Both the position numbers and the translations under genes were made by a program. Below the pieces are notes generated by a model, which was not told where the DNA came from, ran no database searches, and saw only the letters and a program-made list of their open reading frames with translations. Positions 9,458 to 19,004 of a DNA stretch of 64,000 nucleotides are shown here, piece by piece (positions within the stretch are counted from its first letter, which is position 1; every line of letters begins with the position of its first letter). Source of the DNA: a virus (Duplodnaviria; Caudoviricetes); the IMG/VR virus record IMGVR_UViG_3300033074_001909, positions 42,333 through 106,332 of that record. One strand, given 5' to 3'.

Positions 9458-9970
9458 ATGCCTCTTTACATTGGCTCCGACAACTCGGTGATCCTCGACA
9501 AACTCGCAGACGACGCCAACGGCCAATACATCAACGACGCGGATCTGTCCTTCACGCTGTACCGCCAGCGGGCTCAAGATGGCGTGATGACTGTCGGTTC
9601 GGCGTCACTGTCCTCGGATACAGCGGCCTTCGTGGCTGGCGACGTGGGCAAGTCGATCATCGTGCCGGGCGCCGGACCTTACGGCAGCGATTTGCAGACG
9701 ACGATCTCCGCCGTGGTATCCGCCACGCAAGCGACGCTGGCCGCTGCCGCTTCCACGGCGGTGACCTACGCGCACTTTCTGGTGTCGATACCCGACGCGA
9801 AGGATATCACGATGGATTACGTGGCCAGCAGCAACGGCCGCTACATCGGCATCTTGCAATCGACGGTCACACTGGGGCTCGACACGTACACGTTGGTAGT
9901 GGATATCGACGGCGGCATTGGGCGCATCGATCAACGGCAAGTGCAGTTGCCCGCTGTGTATCGTGGTTGA
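9458..9970 (+). CDS. Hypothetical protein (putative virion)
   Basis: RBS AGGAG; operon context. Confidence 0.55.
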   Translation: MPLYIGSDNSVILDKLADDANGQYINDADLSFTLYRQRAQDGVMTVGSASLSSDTAAFVAGDVGKSIIVPGAGPYGSDLQTTISAVVSATQATLAAAASTAVTYAHFLVSIPDAKDITMDYVASSNGRYIGILQSTVTLGLDTYTLVVDIDGGIGRIDQRQVQLPAVYRG

Positions 9971-10068
9971 CGAATTTGCGGTGCGGAGTAGACTGGCTGG
10001 CGAAACGGGCTCCTCGACCAGAGGCCCCGTCAGGATCAGGCAGTACCTGATTTGGACGGGGCTTTTTT
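9967..10068 (+). promoter_or_regulatory. Promoter + conserved motif + terminator
   Basis: TTGACG-16 nt-TAGACT; GGCTCCTCGACCAGA at 10008-10022; GCCCCGTC...GACGGGGC then T6. Confidence 0.65.
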
Positions 10069-10087
10069 CATGCGCGGTGACAGAATT

Positions 10088-10426
10088 ATGTCCATGACGG
10101 AAGCCTCGGGACCGGTCAAGCACGTCAATATTTCTGCATCCGCCTCCGGCGTGACGTCGCTCGTCAGCGCGGTCGCGAGTCATAAAATCCGCGTCCTGGG
10201 GATGGTGCTCAATAACACCGATGCCAGTACGGCCGTGAACGCGACCATCGAGGACGAGGACGGTGGCAATCTGATTGGCCCGCTGCGGCTGGCGTCGGGA
10301 GCCACGGTCACGCTGCCAGCCAGCGGACTGGGATATGGAGACACGCCCACCGGCAAAGGTCTGGCCATCCTCTTAGGAGGAGCCCAAGCCGTCGGTGGAT
10401 CACTCACTTATCAGGTAATCAAATAA
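10088..10426 (+). CDS. Hypothetical beta-rich protein
   Basis: ATG at 10088 within ORF 10052..10426. Confidence 0.55.
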   Translation: MSMTEASGPVKHVNISASASGVTSLVSAVASHKIRVLGMVLNNTDASTAVNATIEDEDGGNLIGPLRLASGATVTLPASGLGYGDTPTGKGLAILLGGAQAVGGSLTYQVIK

Positions 10427-10732
10427 ATGGCGGAACAACTATCGCAAGCGCTGATTCTGGCTCGAATCGACGACACGGTTGGCGCGGCGCCGCAAGATGC
10501 GTGGTCGCTCGGTCGCTCGCTCGTGACGGCCGTCGCGGACATCCTCCGGGACGCCCATATCACGGTCCAGCTCGACGACCTGATCGCGGCCGCCAAGTCG
10601 GCGTATGACCGGCAAGTGGCGCCGATCGACATCCCGTGGGTGCCGAATTTGATCGAACCGATGGTCGATCAACTGATCTGGCAGTCAATTGAATCCATGA
10701 TCCGCGCCTTACATTCGCGGTTAGGCCAATGA
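10427..10732 (+). CDS. Hypothetical protein
   Basis: Translationally coupled on both sides; 'PIDIPWVPNLIEPMVD' motif. Confidence 0.55.
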   Translation: MAEQLSQALILARIDDTVGAAPQDAWSLGRSLVTAVADILRDAHITVQLDDLIAAAKSAYDRQVAPIDIPWVPNLIEPMVDQLIWQSIESMIRALHSRLGQ

Positions 10733-11367
10733 ACTACGACGGCATCCAACTCTGTGGGGTCGAAGACACGCTGGGCGTGGGGCAGATGTGCCGCTGGCCC
10801 ATGATCGACGTGTCGTGGTCGATTCGCGCCTCGCTGCCGCAGTTTGCCGTCGAAGCCTTCCGCGAAGCCTGTGAACTGGCCTGGTCCTATTGGTCGAGCG
10901 TATGTGGCATCCGGCCGCGTTACACGCCGAATAATCTGACTGCCAATCTGGTGATCGGGCTGCAAACGATCGGGCCCGGGGGCGTGCTGGCCGATTGCGA
11001 ACTGCCGTGCGGCGCCTCCCAGGCCTCGAGCCTGCGGATGCGCATCGACACGCAAGAGTCCTGGGTCATCGCCGAAAATCCTCCGAACAACAAAATCGAC
11101 TTGGTGCGGGTGGTGTGCCATGAACTGGGGCACGGGATCGGCATTCCGCACATCGGCGGCGCCAACCTGATGGCGCCGACCTACAACGCCCGTCTCCGCC
11201 GGCCGCAGGTAGGCGACATCGCCGAGGCGGTCGCGCGTTACGGTACGCCCGTGGCCGTACCACCGCCGCCAGTGCCACCATCCGACGAGTACGAGGAAGT
11301 GACGGCGATCCTGCGCAAGGGCGGCAAAATCTTCGTGCGGACCAAAGGGGTGGTCACCGAATTATGA
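10729..11367 (+). CDS. Matrixin (M10)-type zinc metallopeptidase
   Basis: HELGHGIGIPH (HExxHxxGxxH) and Met-turn 'ANLMAP'. Confidence 0.85.
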   Translation: MNYDGIQLCGVEDTLGVGQMCRWPMIDVSWSIRASLPQFAVEAFREACELAWSYWSSVCGIRPRYTPNNLTANLVIGLQTIGPGGVLADCELPCGASQASSLRMRIDTQESWVIAENPPNNKIDLVRVVCHELGHGIGIPHIGGANLMAPTYNARLRRPQVGDIAEAVARYGTPVAVPPPPVPPSDEYEEVTAILRKGGKIFVRTKGVVTEL

Positions 11368-13094
11368 GTCTTGATCGACACGCCGCGGCCATCGCCCGCT
11401 GGCTGAAGTGGCTGGCCATCGCCGTATTTGCGCTGGCCGTGGTCCTGGCCGCCGCCACGCTCCGCGCTGCTGAGGAAGAATTGCCCGGCAAGCCTGTCGC
11501 CACGGCGGCCGAAGCGGTCGGGTGGGCGCTGGCGGATATCGCCACACTGGGCGAAGCCGATCGGCCATTCGCGCGGTACGTGTGGATTCCACCCTGGGGC
11601 GATGAACTGTGGGTGGCCGGCCTCAATTTCTCGCTCAACACGGCGGCCTCCCACGCGACCACCTTGCAACTTGGGACGCCCATCGCCAACGGCTGGATGG
11701 TACGCTACGACTTGCGTCGGCTGGCCCCTGTGGAAAAGCAACTCGAACGGCTACGTGCCGTGTGGGACGGACTCGCCACACAAGACCCCTACTTTCACGT
11801 GCCGGCCACGAACACCGGGTTGCAAGCCGCGGTGATCGCGCCGCACCTGAAGGAAGAACAGGCGGTGGCGCTGGCGGGACTGTCCCTGTCCACGGGCGCG
11901 ATCTATCGTGCGGACTTCCTAGTGGTGAAGATGCTCAGCACGCTCGAGGGGGGCAAGTATTACGACTTCCTCCAGGTCGACCGGCAGGTGAGTGAGGAGG
12001 AAAAGACACGTGGCGTGACGCCTCAGGATAAGTGGCTGGCGACGCTGGGAGTCTTCGAGCAAACGACCCGCAACCTGTCGGGCGATCAGCGGTCCGCAAT
12101 TTTCCGGTCGGCCGTCACGGGCAAGCCACGACGAATTGACGTGTTTTACGGGCTCGGGAGAGGCGGGAATCTCTGCACGATTACGCACGACATCTCCGAT
12201 GAGGACGTGGGAGCCGGCCAGCACCCCATTCGCAACCTACTGGAATTCCGCGACTCGGCCCGAGAAATCATCGTCGAGCGGCCCAACGGCACGCACGCCT
12301 TCGCGCTCACGAACGCCCAAGGCGAATTCCAGGATGCCGCGCCGGACAACGTGGCCCGTGACCATACGGTGCCCGCGCCCCATACGAGTCGTCTGCAGCC
12401 CGCTATTTCCTGCATCCGCTGCCATGGTCCACACGATGGCCTGCAGCCGTTCGGTAACGACGTGAAAACGATTTTGAAATCACGACTGGATGTCTTTGCC
12501 GACTTGGGTGCCAGCGAGCAGAATACGCGTGAACAAGTGGTGGATCGATTGGCCGGACTCTATGCGGGCCAACTCGACGCTCCGGACGGTCCGATCGGCC
12601 GTGGCCGGCGGGATTACGGCACCACACTGTACCGAATCGCACTCGATTCTGTGTTTGGCGTCGATGATGCGCGGATTGTGGCCGAACTGAGTCACGCCGT
12701 GAGTGATATTTTTTCGAGTTACCGCTACGACGTGGTAAGCCCAGAGCGGGCCTGCCTGGAACTCGGACTCGAAGTGGGCGATGGCGAGGGCATAGCGGGC
12801 TTGGATCGCCTGCTGGGCGACCCCTCGCTGGCGATTGTGGTCGATCCCGTGGTGGGCAGTCTCCGCGCTGGAATCTCGATCAATCGCACGGAGTTTGAGC
12901 AGGTGTTTGTCGACCTGTCGCTCCAGGCGGAATCGATCCGCACGGGCAAGACCATGTCGGAACTTCGCCCTGTGGGAAAGCCCATCGAAGCCGCACCCGT
13001 CGTGGATCAACCCACGCCTCCCGCACAGCCCACGGAACCGCCGCCGGCACAACCGCCACCAGCGCGACCCAATTCAACTAACCGACGAGGATGA
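11364..13094 (+). CDS. Secreted protein with a CxxCH (possible heme c) motif
   Basis: N-terminal hydrophobic signal/TM segment; 'SCIRCHG'. Confidence 0.6.
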   Translation: MSLDRHAAAIARWLKWLAIAVFALAVVLAAATLRAAEEELPGKPVATAAEAVGWALADIATLGEADRPFARYVWIPPWGDELWVAGLNFSLNTAASHATTLQLGTPIANGWMVRYDLRRLAPVEKQLERLRAVWDGLATQDPYFHVPATNTGLQAAVIAPHLKEEQAVALAGLSLSTGAIYRADFLVVKMLSTLEGGKYYDFLQVDRQVSEEEKTRGVTPQDKWLATLGVFEQTTRNLSGDQRSAIFRSAVTGKPRRIDVFYGLGRGGNLCTITHDISDEDVGAGQHPIRNLLEFRDSAREIIVERPNGTHAFALTNAQGEFQDAAPDNVARDHTVPAPHTSRLQPAISCIRCHGPHDGLQPFGNDVKTILKSRLDVFADLGASEQNTREQVVDRLAGLYAGQLDAPDGPIGRGRRDYGTTLYRIALDSVFGVDDARIVAELSHAVSDIFSSYRYDVVSPERACLELGLEVGDGEGIAGLDRLLGDPSLAIVVDPVVGSLRAGISINRTEFEQVFVDLSLQAESIRTGKTMSELRPVGKPIEAAPVVDQPTPPAQPTEPPPAQPPPARPNSTNRRG

Positions 13095-13095
13095 C

Positions 13096-13947
13096 ATGCG
13101 TTATTTCGCGTTACTGCTGCTCTTGTTTGCTCACGAAGCCCACGCCTGCCAGCGGTGTGGTCTGTTTGGGAATCGCTGCCGTTTTGTCTCGAGGCCTGTC
13201 GTGCAACAGCATGTGGTGTCACAACCAGTCGCTGTGGCGCCGGTCGCGACGTATCAATCGCCAGACGTATTCGTTGTGCAGAATAACTACCCGCAGCCGA
13301 ACGGTACGATCGGACTCCTGGCCCAGCAGGGCACGAGCGTGTACGGATATCAGGCCGCGGCCGCAGCGTACTTCGTAAATCCGGCCGAGACTTTGCGGCA
13401 AGCGGCAGAACTCGCCAAGGCGGCCAGTGCGACCGCCTCGATTGGCCTCACGGGCTACAACGAGACGGCACGCACGCAACTGACGCTGCAGGCGGCCATC
13501 GCGGAGCCGCTCGCGAAGGGGCAAGCGGCCGCGCAGGTCTTGGGCGCCGCGGGACTGTCGGCGCCATCCTCGCAGTCGCAATCATTCGCCCTGCGAATCT
13601 CGCAGGACTCCGCCGGACGCTGGCAGGTGACGCAAGCCGACCCCGCGCAAGTGTCCGCGACGGTCCACGCCGAGATCAACGAGCATTCGACGCCGACAGT
13701 TCCTGCGAGGCCCGTCAACGGCGCCTCGGTGCTGGCCGCGAAGTGCGCCCGGTGTCACGGGCTGAATCTCACCGAGCCCAAGGGCGGCATGTTCCTCGAT
13801 GCGGGTCATCCGTTGGACTGCGCTACCGTGGTCAAAGCGATCAAGCAGGTGAAGAGCAATAAGATGCCACCCGACGGTGGGCTGACGGATCAGGAAAAGG
13901 GGTTACTTCTCGACGAACTGCTTTCTCTCGAAAGGGACGGGTCATGA
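13096..13947 (+). CDS. Secreted protein with C-terminal cytochrome c-like domain
   Basis: Signal peptide MRYFALLLLLFAHEAHA; 'KCARCHG...KMPP...LTDQEK' (CxxCH plus candidate distal Met). Confidence 0.7.
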   Translation: MRYFALLLLLFAHEAHACQRCGLFGNRCRFVSRPVVQQHVVSQPVAVAPVATYQSPDVFVVQNNYPQPNGTIGLLAQQGTSVYGYQAAAAAYFVNPAETLRQAAELAKAASATASIGLTGYNETARTQLTLQAAIAEPLAKGQAAAQVLGAAGLSAPSSQSQSFALRISQDSAGRWQVTQADPAQVSATVHAEINEHSTPTVPARPVNGASVLAAKCARCHGLNLTEPKGGMFLDAGHPLDCATVVKAIKQVKSNKMPPDGGLTDQEKGLLLDELLSLERDGS

Positions 13948-14243
13948 AAGGTGTGTTAGCGTGTGTGTGCTTCTTGCTGTGCTGCGCGGACGTGTCGGCG
14001 CATGGCCGCGTGGTGGTTCAGCGGCAGGTAATTCGCCAGCCGCTGTTCCAGCGACAACGGGTGGTAGTGCGGCAGCAAGTCGTGGTGCCGCAGGCCGTGG
14101 TCGCTCCCCAAGCCGTGGTGGTGCAGCCGTTCGTTCAGTCGTATGCCGCGCCGTTGGTAGTGCCGCAAGCGTTCGTGGTGCCGCAGGCCTTCACGGCGCC
14201 ATCGTGCGGGGCATGTGGTTCGGCCGCATTGTTCCTGCGGTAG
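13944..14243 (+). CDS. Small secreted V/Q/P-rich protein
   Basis: Signal peptide and VVPQA repeats. Confidence 0.55.
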   Translation: MKGVLACVCFLLCCADVSAHGRVVVQRQVIRQPLFQRQRVVVRQQVVVPQAVVAPQAVVVQPFVQSYAAPLVVPQAFVVPQAFTAPSCGACGSAALFLR

Positions 14244-14246
14244 GTC

Positions 14247-14690
14247 ATGTCACTTTTCAGTGATCGCGACCTGATCGCGTGCATCGACCGGAACACGGCG
14301 CGGCTGGTCGGTGCTTTGATGCAAATCGCACGGGCGTTGCGTCGCCCCGCGATGCCGCGTCCGGTGTCGTTACACGTGGTTTCGCAAGGAGAGAATGGAA
14401 TGTTGCACTTTCGCATTGTGCTGCCGCCGCCAGGTGCCAGTGATGTCACTGCGCGGGAACTGGCGTACCAGATCGGGGACGGCGAACAGGTGATTGAGAC
14501 GCTGGAAGCCAGCGCTACGGAACTGGCAGGCCTGTCGGGGAATGATAACGATCAGGTCGTGGTATCGCTGACCGATATCGACGATGCCGGCAACCGCAGT
14601 GAACCGCGCGAGCAGACCTTCACGCTGACCGACACCATCGCTCCGCCGCAGCCTGGCGAAATGGGGCTGATCGTCGACAGCGAATCGTAA
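14247..14690 (+). CDS. Hypothetical protein (Ig/FN3-like C-terminus)
   Basis: 'DIDDAGNRSEP..DTIAPPQP'. Confidence 0.5.
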   Translation: MSLFSDRDLIACIDRNTARLVGALMQIARALRRPAMPRPVSLHVVSQGENGMLHFRIVLPPPGASDVTARELAYQIGDGEQVIETLEASATELAGLSGNDNDQVVVSLTDIDDAGNRSEPREQTFTLTDTIAPPQPGEMGLIVDSES

Positions 14691-14798
14691 CCAGGACGGA
14701 CCCTGGGGCTGTCCGTGCGGCGATGTCAGGAAGGCATCGCCGCACGGTAGCTATAAAAAGCGAGCGGTGTGGCGTGAGATTCGCAACCGAAAGGGCAG

Positions 14799-15197
14799 GT
14801 GATGGAACTATGGGGCTCATGGGAGCAAATCGCAGCCACGATTGCTGCCTTTTTGGGAGGAGGTGGACTCGTGGCCATCGCACGCATTGTTGCCGATTAT
14901 TTGAAGGATCGCGGCAAGCGACAGGGCGACCGAGATGCCGCGACCGATCACATCATCGAATCTCTGTTAGCGGATTATAAGGCCGAGTTACATGCCCTCC
15001 GGGCACGGCTCGACGCCAGTCATGAGGACCATCAGGATTGCCAGCGCCAAAATGCGGAACTGCGCGAGAAAATCGGCGCGTTGGCCGAGAAAGTCGCGCG
15101 GAACGACGAGGAAATCAAACAGCTCAAACTGTTCTCCTGTTCGGTAGCCGGGTGCCAACTGCGAAAAGAGATTGAACTGCGACAGAATCAAGGGTAA
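14799..15197 (+). CDS. Holin-like membrane/coiled-coil protein
   Basis: One N-terminal TM segment 'IAATIAAFLGGGGLVAIA' followed by a coiled coil. Confidence 0.5.
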   Translation: MMELWGSWEQIAATIAAFLGGGGLVAIARIVADYLKDRGKRQGDRDAATDHIIESLLADYKAELHALRARLDASHEDHQDCQRQNAELREKIGALAEKVARNDEEIKQLKLFSCSVAGCQLRKEIELRQNQG

Positions 15198-15256
15198 GGG
15201 TGAGGTGGCAGCCTCCCGTCACGCACGTCAACAATCCTCCCCGGGTAGATTGGACC

Positions 15257-16777
15257 ATGATGAGACAAGTCTGGTTGGCGGTCCTGTGTCTGGTTGCCGG
15301 CTGGTTGCCGGCTCAAGATCAGCCTTTGCAGTACTCGACTCGCCTGCGGACGGTGGAGCCAGGTGGCAAGTGCCATGTGTGGTTTCCGCAGAACGTGGCT
15401 GGCCCGAGTGGTCGGGGATACATCCCCAAGCTGCCGGTCGGCTGGACGTACGCGTATCCGGGCACTTACGGACGTGGTTGGTCCGAGTGGCATCGCGGAT
15501 GGGCCTGGGAAATTCAGGTCGCGCGGGACGCGCAGCCAGGTGCGTATGCGCTCGATTTCATGGACCAGGGTCAACCAGTTCCCGGGCTGACGCCGATTGT
15601 CGTGACGGTCTGTGCGCCGGCTCCCAAACGGCGCCTGAAGCGGCTGATGTCCGCCACGACGGCCGACCTGCAGTTTTACTTGGACCAGGGTTACGATCTG
15701 GAACTGGGTCCCTTTGAGTTTGTGATTACTACGCCGCTACAAGTGCCGGACGGGGCCCGGATTTGTTCGACCGGTGCGGCTCGCCTAGTGCGGACCGCCG
15801 ACCGCCATCCCGAGAACCATCCTCACCATGAAATGTTCATTCCGGAGGGGCGCTTCACGCTCGAGCGCGTGATACTCACTCACGACGGCACCATGCCGGC
15901 GGAGCCGTTGTACCTGCACAAGTGGCCTCGTGATACCTCACCCACCTGCCCCAATGTGACGGTGACCCAATGCGTGATCGAGCGCGGTTACTTGGGCAAG
16001 GCCACGGAGTCGAACATGGCCGTGGAGCGGTGCCGGTTCGCCGGCGGCGGGACGGGCATCACGCCCCTGAACGGTCGGTACGACTACTGTGAGTTCACTG
16101 GTACTTCCCCGGATCAGAGCCACAGATTCCTGTGCTGGGGAGCCAATGGCTTGCTGCTCACGAATAACCGGTTCGCCGGCACCTCGCGGGGATTTGTGTT
16201 CCAAACGGGGGACGTCGTCGGAGCCGCGTTGCTCGACAACTATTGCACCGGGATCCGCGGGGGTAGCGGCAACGCGAATGAGTGCCTCCTGTTTGAAGCG
16301 GGCACTGGATCGCCCATTGCCTGCGACGACGCACATGGTTGCCGAAATAACCTGGTCGTCGACCTGTGGATCAACGATTGTGCCGGGCCCGGCGTCTCGC
16401 TGTACGGATCCGGGATGCACGACAACCAGTTTTGGGGCGTGGACGCGCACACGGATAACAGCAGCCTGTACGTGATCGCGATCGGCGACGGACAAATCAC
16501 ACGTAACCAGTTTCACAATTGGCAATGCACGGGAGGAGTCGTGTTCCACGGTGATGTGGGACAGGTCACTTTCGGTAATATGCAGCTGCTCGAGTCACAG
16601 CAACGGCGGGGCAACCAAGGGCCGTTTGCACCTGTGATTCGGCACTTCAACGAGCATTATCCGTTCGACCTGGATGAAGAGGCGCGACAAACTGGCGTAT
16701 TCACGCTCTCGGGCGTCGGGCTTCTAATGCCCAACCGGACGTACGTGCCAATCGATGAGCTGACCGGGAAAAAATGA
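15257..16777 (+). CDS. Secreted right-handed beta-helix (pectin lyase-like) protein
   Basis: Signal peptide; repeated 'xxCxF/xxNNxF' beta-helix-like units. Confidence 0.5.
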   Translation: MMRQVWLAVLCLVAGWLPAQDQPLQYSTRLRTVEPGGKCHVWFPQNVAGPSGRGYIPKLPVGWTYAYPGTYGRGWSEWHRGWAWEIQVARDAQPGAYALDFMDQGQPVPGLTPIVVTVCAPAPKRRLKRLMSATTADLQFYLDQGYDLELGPFEFVITTPLQVPDGARICSTGAARLVRTADRHPENHPHHEMFIPEGRFTLERVILTHDGTMPAEPLYLHKWPRDTSPTCPNVTVTQCVIERGYLGKATESNMAVERCRFAGGGTGITPLNGRYDYCEFTGTSPDQSHRFLCWGANGLLLTNNRFAGTSRGFVFQTGDVVGAALLDNYCTGIRGGSGNANECLLFEAGTGSPIACDDAHGCRNNLVVDLWINDCAGPGVSLYGSGMHDNQFWGVDAHTDNSSLYVIAIGDGQITRNQFHNWQCTGGVVFHGDVGQVTFGNMQLLESQQRRGNQGPFAPVIRHFNEHYPFDLDEEARQTGVFTLSGVGLLMPNRTYVPIDELTGKK

Positions 16778-16917
16778 ACGGGTCCTTCCTCATGAGGACC
16801 ATCAGGAGTGCCAGCGCCCGCAACGACGAGGAGATTCGCCAACTCAAACTATTTTCCTGCTCTGTAGCAGGGTGCAACCTGCGGCGGGAAATTGAAGAAC
16901 GCAACGGCAAAGCATAA
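16774..16917 (+). pseudogene. Degenerate, internally deleted duplicate of the 3' half of gene 14799..15197
   Basis: Encodes ARNDEEIRQLKLFSCSVAGCNLRREIE versus ARNDEEIKQLKLFSCSVAGCQLRKEIE; CATGAGGACCATCAGGA is also shared. Confidence 0.75.
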
Positions 16918-16929
16918 GAGACCGGAAGC

Positions 16930-17994
16930 ATGACCACGACACGGAGCGAACAACTGTTCGCCATCGTCGACCGATTCAACCAAATCCATCGCGACTGGGC
17001 GGAGTTCGACACGAACAATCCCGAGCCCACGGAGTTGTACTGGCGCGCGCTGCAGGCCGTGCTGGATACGTTCGAAGGGGGCGACCTGCCAGCGGACTGC
17101 CGCCCCATGGCCGCCGCCGTCTACAAACTGGCCCAAGAGCGGGCCCGTTACGATGCCTCCGGGATGACCACGGTGCCGCAGTCGCTGTTTGCCGCGCGCG
17201 AGGAACTGGAGCGGGTAGCCCGGGCCGCACGCTCGCCGCTTGAGCGTCCCCATCGGGAAACTATTCAGGAACTGGCCAAGCAGAACGTCCCCCATGAGCA
17301 GATTGCCCGTATTTGGGGCCTGCGCCGCCCGGACGGTACGGGCCGGGCCGACCTCGTCCAGCAGGAACTGAATCAGCCCGGTTCGGTGATCGGGCCCAAC
17401 TATGTGCATCCCGAGGACCGCATGGCGCATGACCAAGTGCTGGTCGAGCGCCGCAACTGGCAGGCTTTGGAGGTGCTCAGCCAGAAGGAGCAGGAACGGA
17501 TCGAGGCGGATCAGAAGCCCTGTCCCGAGACGCCGCGGGAACTGTGGCTGATTGGGGTCAGCACGGCGCAGGCGGCGAGGATGTTGCGGCAGCCGCAAGA
17601 GCAGGTGGCCCGCCTGTGGGACGAGTTCGAACGGGAAAAGGTCGCGATTCAGACGGCGCAGGAGCGCCCGGCGCCCGTAGCGCCGCCCGCACCGGCGGTG
17701 GTAACTCCGCCGCCGGTGGCCGAAGCGGCCACGGCCGATCCGCTGGACGACATGCTGGGCGCAGCCGGCGACAGTCCCTACGCGCAGTTTGACGGCTGGA
17801 GCGAGCAGGAACTGCGGATCGAAGCCAAACGCCTGGGAATTCGCCTGCGAGGCCGCTTCACGCGTGAAACGCTGATGGATCGCATTTTGGCCGCGGATCC
17901 CACGGCAGAATTGGTGGATGACGACAGCGTCGCGGGCGTCGATGAGTTCGACCACGAGGGCGTGACGGTCGGCGAGACGGAGGAACCAACGTAA
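16930..17994 (+). CDS. Hypothetical protein with C-terminal HeH/Rho-N-like motif
   Basis: 'WSEQELRIEAKRLGI..TRETLMDRI'. Confidence 0.55.
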   Translation: MTTTRSEQLFAIVDRFNQIHRDWAEFDTNNPEPTELYWRALQAVLDTFEGGDLPADCRPMAAAVYKLAQERARYDASGMTTVPQSLFAAREELERVARAARSPLERPHRETIQELAKQNVPHEQIARIWGLRRPDGTGRADLVQQELNQPGSVIGPNYVHPEDRMAHDQVLVERRNWQALEVLSQKEQERIEADQKPCPETPRELWLIGVSTAQAARMLRQPQEQVARLWDEFEREKVAIQTAQERPAPVAPPAPAVVTPPPVAEAATADPLDDMLGAAGDSPYAQFDGWSEQELRIEAKRLGIRLRGRFTRETLMDRILAADPTAELVDDDSVAGVDEFDHEGVTVGETEEPT

Positions 17995-17996
17995 GC

Positions 17997-18293
17997 ATGG
18001 CCAAGAAAAGCAAGTTTGATTTTTCGCACGTCGAAGACGCCGCGCTGCGCGACAAGCTGGAGCGGACGGTGGCGGAACATGACCCCGCCGTGCCGCCCGA
18101 GGTGAACGCGCACCCGCGGTATGTGTTTGGCCGGGCCACCCCGCACCGTGACGTGGGTGGCAGCGTGATCGTCCGCAATGGACTCGACGAGGATCGGGCG
18201 GGTACGCTGCTTGGTCCGTTGGGTCGCGCGTGGCGCGTCGACGTCAACGGCACGGTGTTGATTGTGCATGATCCGGAAGACTCGTGGGGATAA
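17997..18293 (+). CDS. Hypothetical protein
   Basis: RBS GGAGG; follows upstream gene by 2 nt. Confidence 0.5.
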   Translation: MAKKSKFDFSHVEDAALRDKLERTVAEHDPAVPPEVNAHPRYVFGRATPHRDVGGSVIVRNGLDEDRAGTLLGPLGRAWRVDVNGTVLIVHDPEDSWG

Positions 18294-18401
18294 ACGACAT
18301 GGCTTTGAAGCGTTTCGGCAATCTGATGCTGGATCCGGCTGAAGTGGCATTCGAGGACGCCAAGCGACTGATGGACTATCTGGAAGGTAACGCAGCAGCC
18401 C

Positions 18402-19004
18402 ATGGGCAAACGCCGGATCAAACCGAGTGAACGCAAGCCGGTCGAGCCACCGCGCAAGCGGCGACGCGGCGTGGTGGACGAACCACCGGACCAAACGCCG
18501 CCCGATCCCGAGCAGACCAGCCCGTTCGAACACCTGCGGAACCCCAACCAGCGAATATTCCTGCGGGTGTACTGTCAGTGCTGGAGCATTACGCAGGCGG
18601 CCGAGGCGTCGGGCCTGTCGATATGGGCGCATTACTACTGGAAACGCACGGATGCGCTGTACCGGCGCGCGTTTGTCCTAGCCTGGAAAATCGCTGGGGA
18701 CCGGTGCGAGGAAGAGGCGTATCGCCGGGCGGTGACGGGTCTTCGCCGCTTGAAGTTTGGGCCGAAAGGCAAGCCGCTGATTGATCCCGCCACGCGCCAG
18801 CCCTACGTGGAGCACGAATTTTCGGATCGGCTGCTCGAGCGGCTGCTGAAAGCCTTCAAACCACATCGCTATTGCGACCGGCAGGAGACGCAGCACAACG
18901 TGTCGGTGGATAGTCCCGCGCAGGGCAGTGGGGGCATGACGGATCTCTTAAAGACCTTCTGTGATACACCACCAGAGTCCCCCGAATCTGCCGCTGCACC
19001 ATGA
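18402..19004 (+). CDS. terS: Terminase small subunit
   Basis: HTH 'SITQAAEASGLS..HYYW', 'EEEAYRRAVTG', 'FSDRLLERLLKA'; directly upstream of terL. Confidence 0.75.
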   Translation: MGKRRIKPSERKPVEPPRKRRRGVVDEPPDQTPPDPEQTSPFEHLRNPNQRIFLRVYCQCWSITQAAEASGLSIWAHYYWKRTDALYRRAFVLAWKIAGDRCEEEAYRRAVTGLRRLKFGPKGKPLIDPATRQPYVEHEFSDRLLERLLKAFKPHRYCDRQETQHNVSVDSPAQGSGGMTDLLKTFCDTPPESPESAAAP

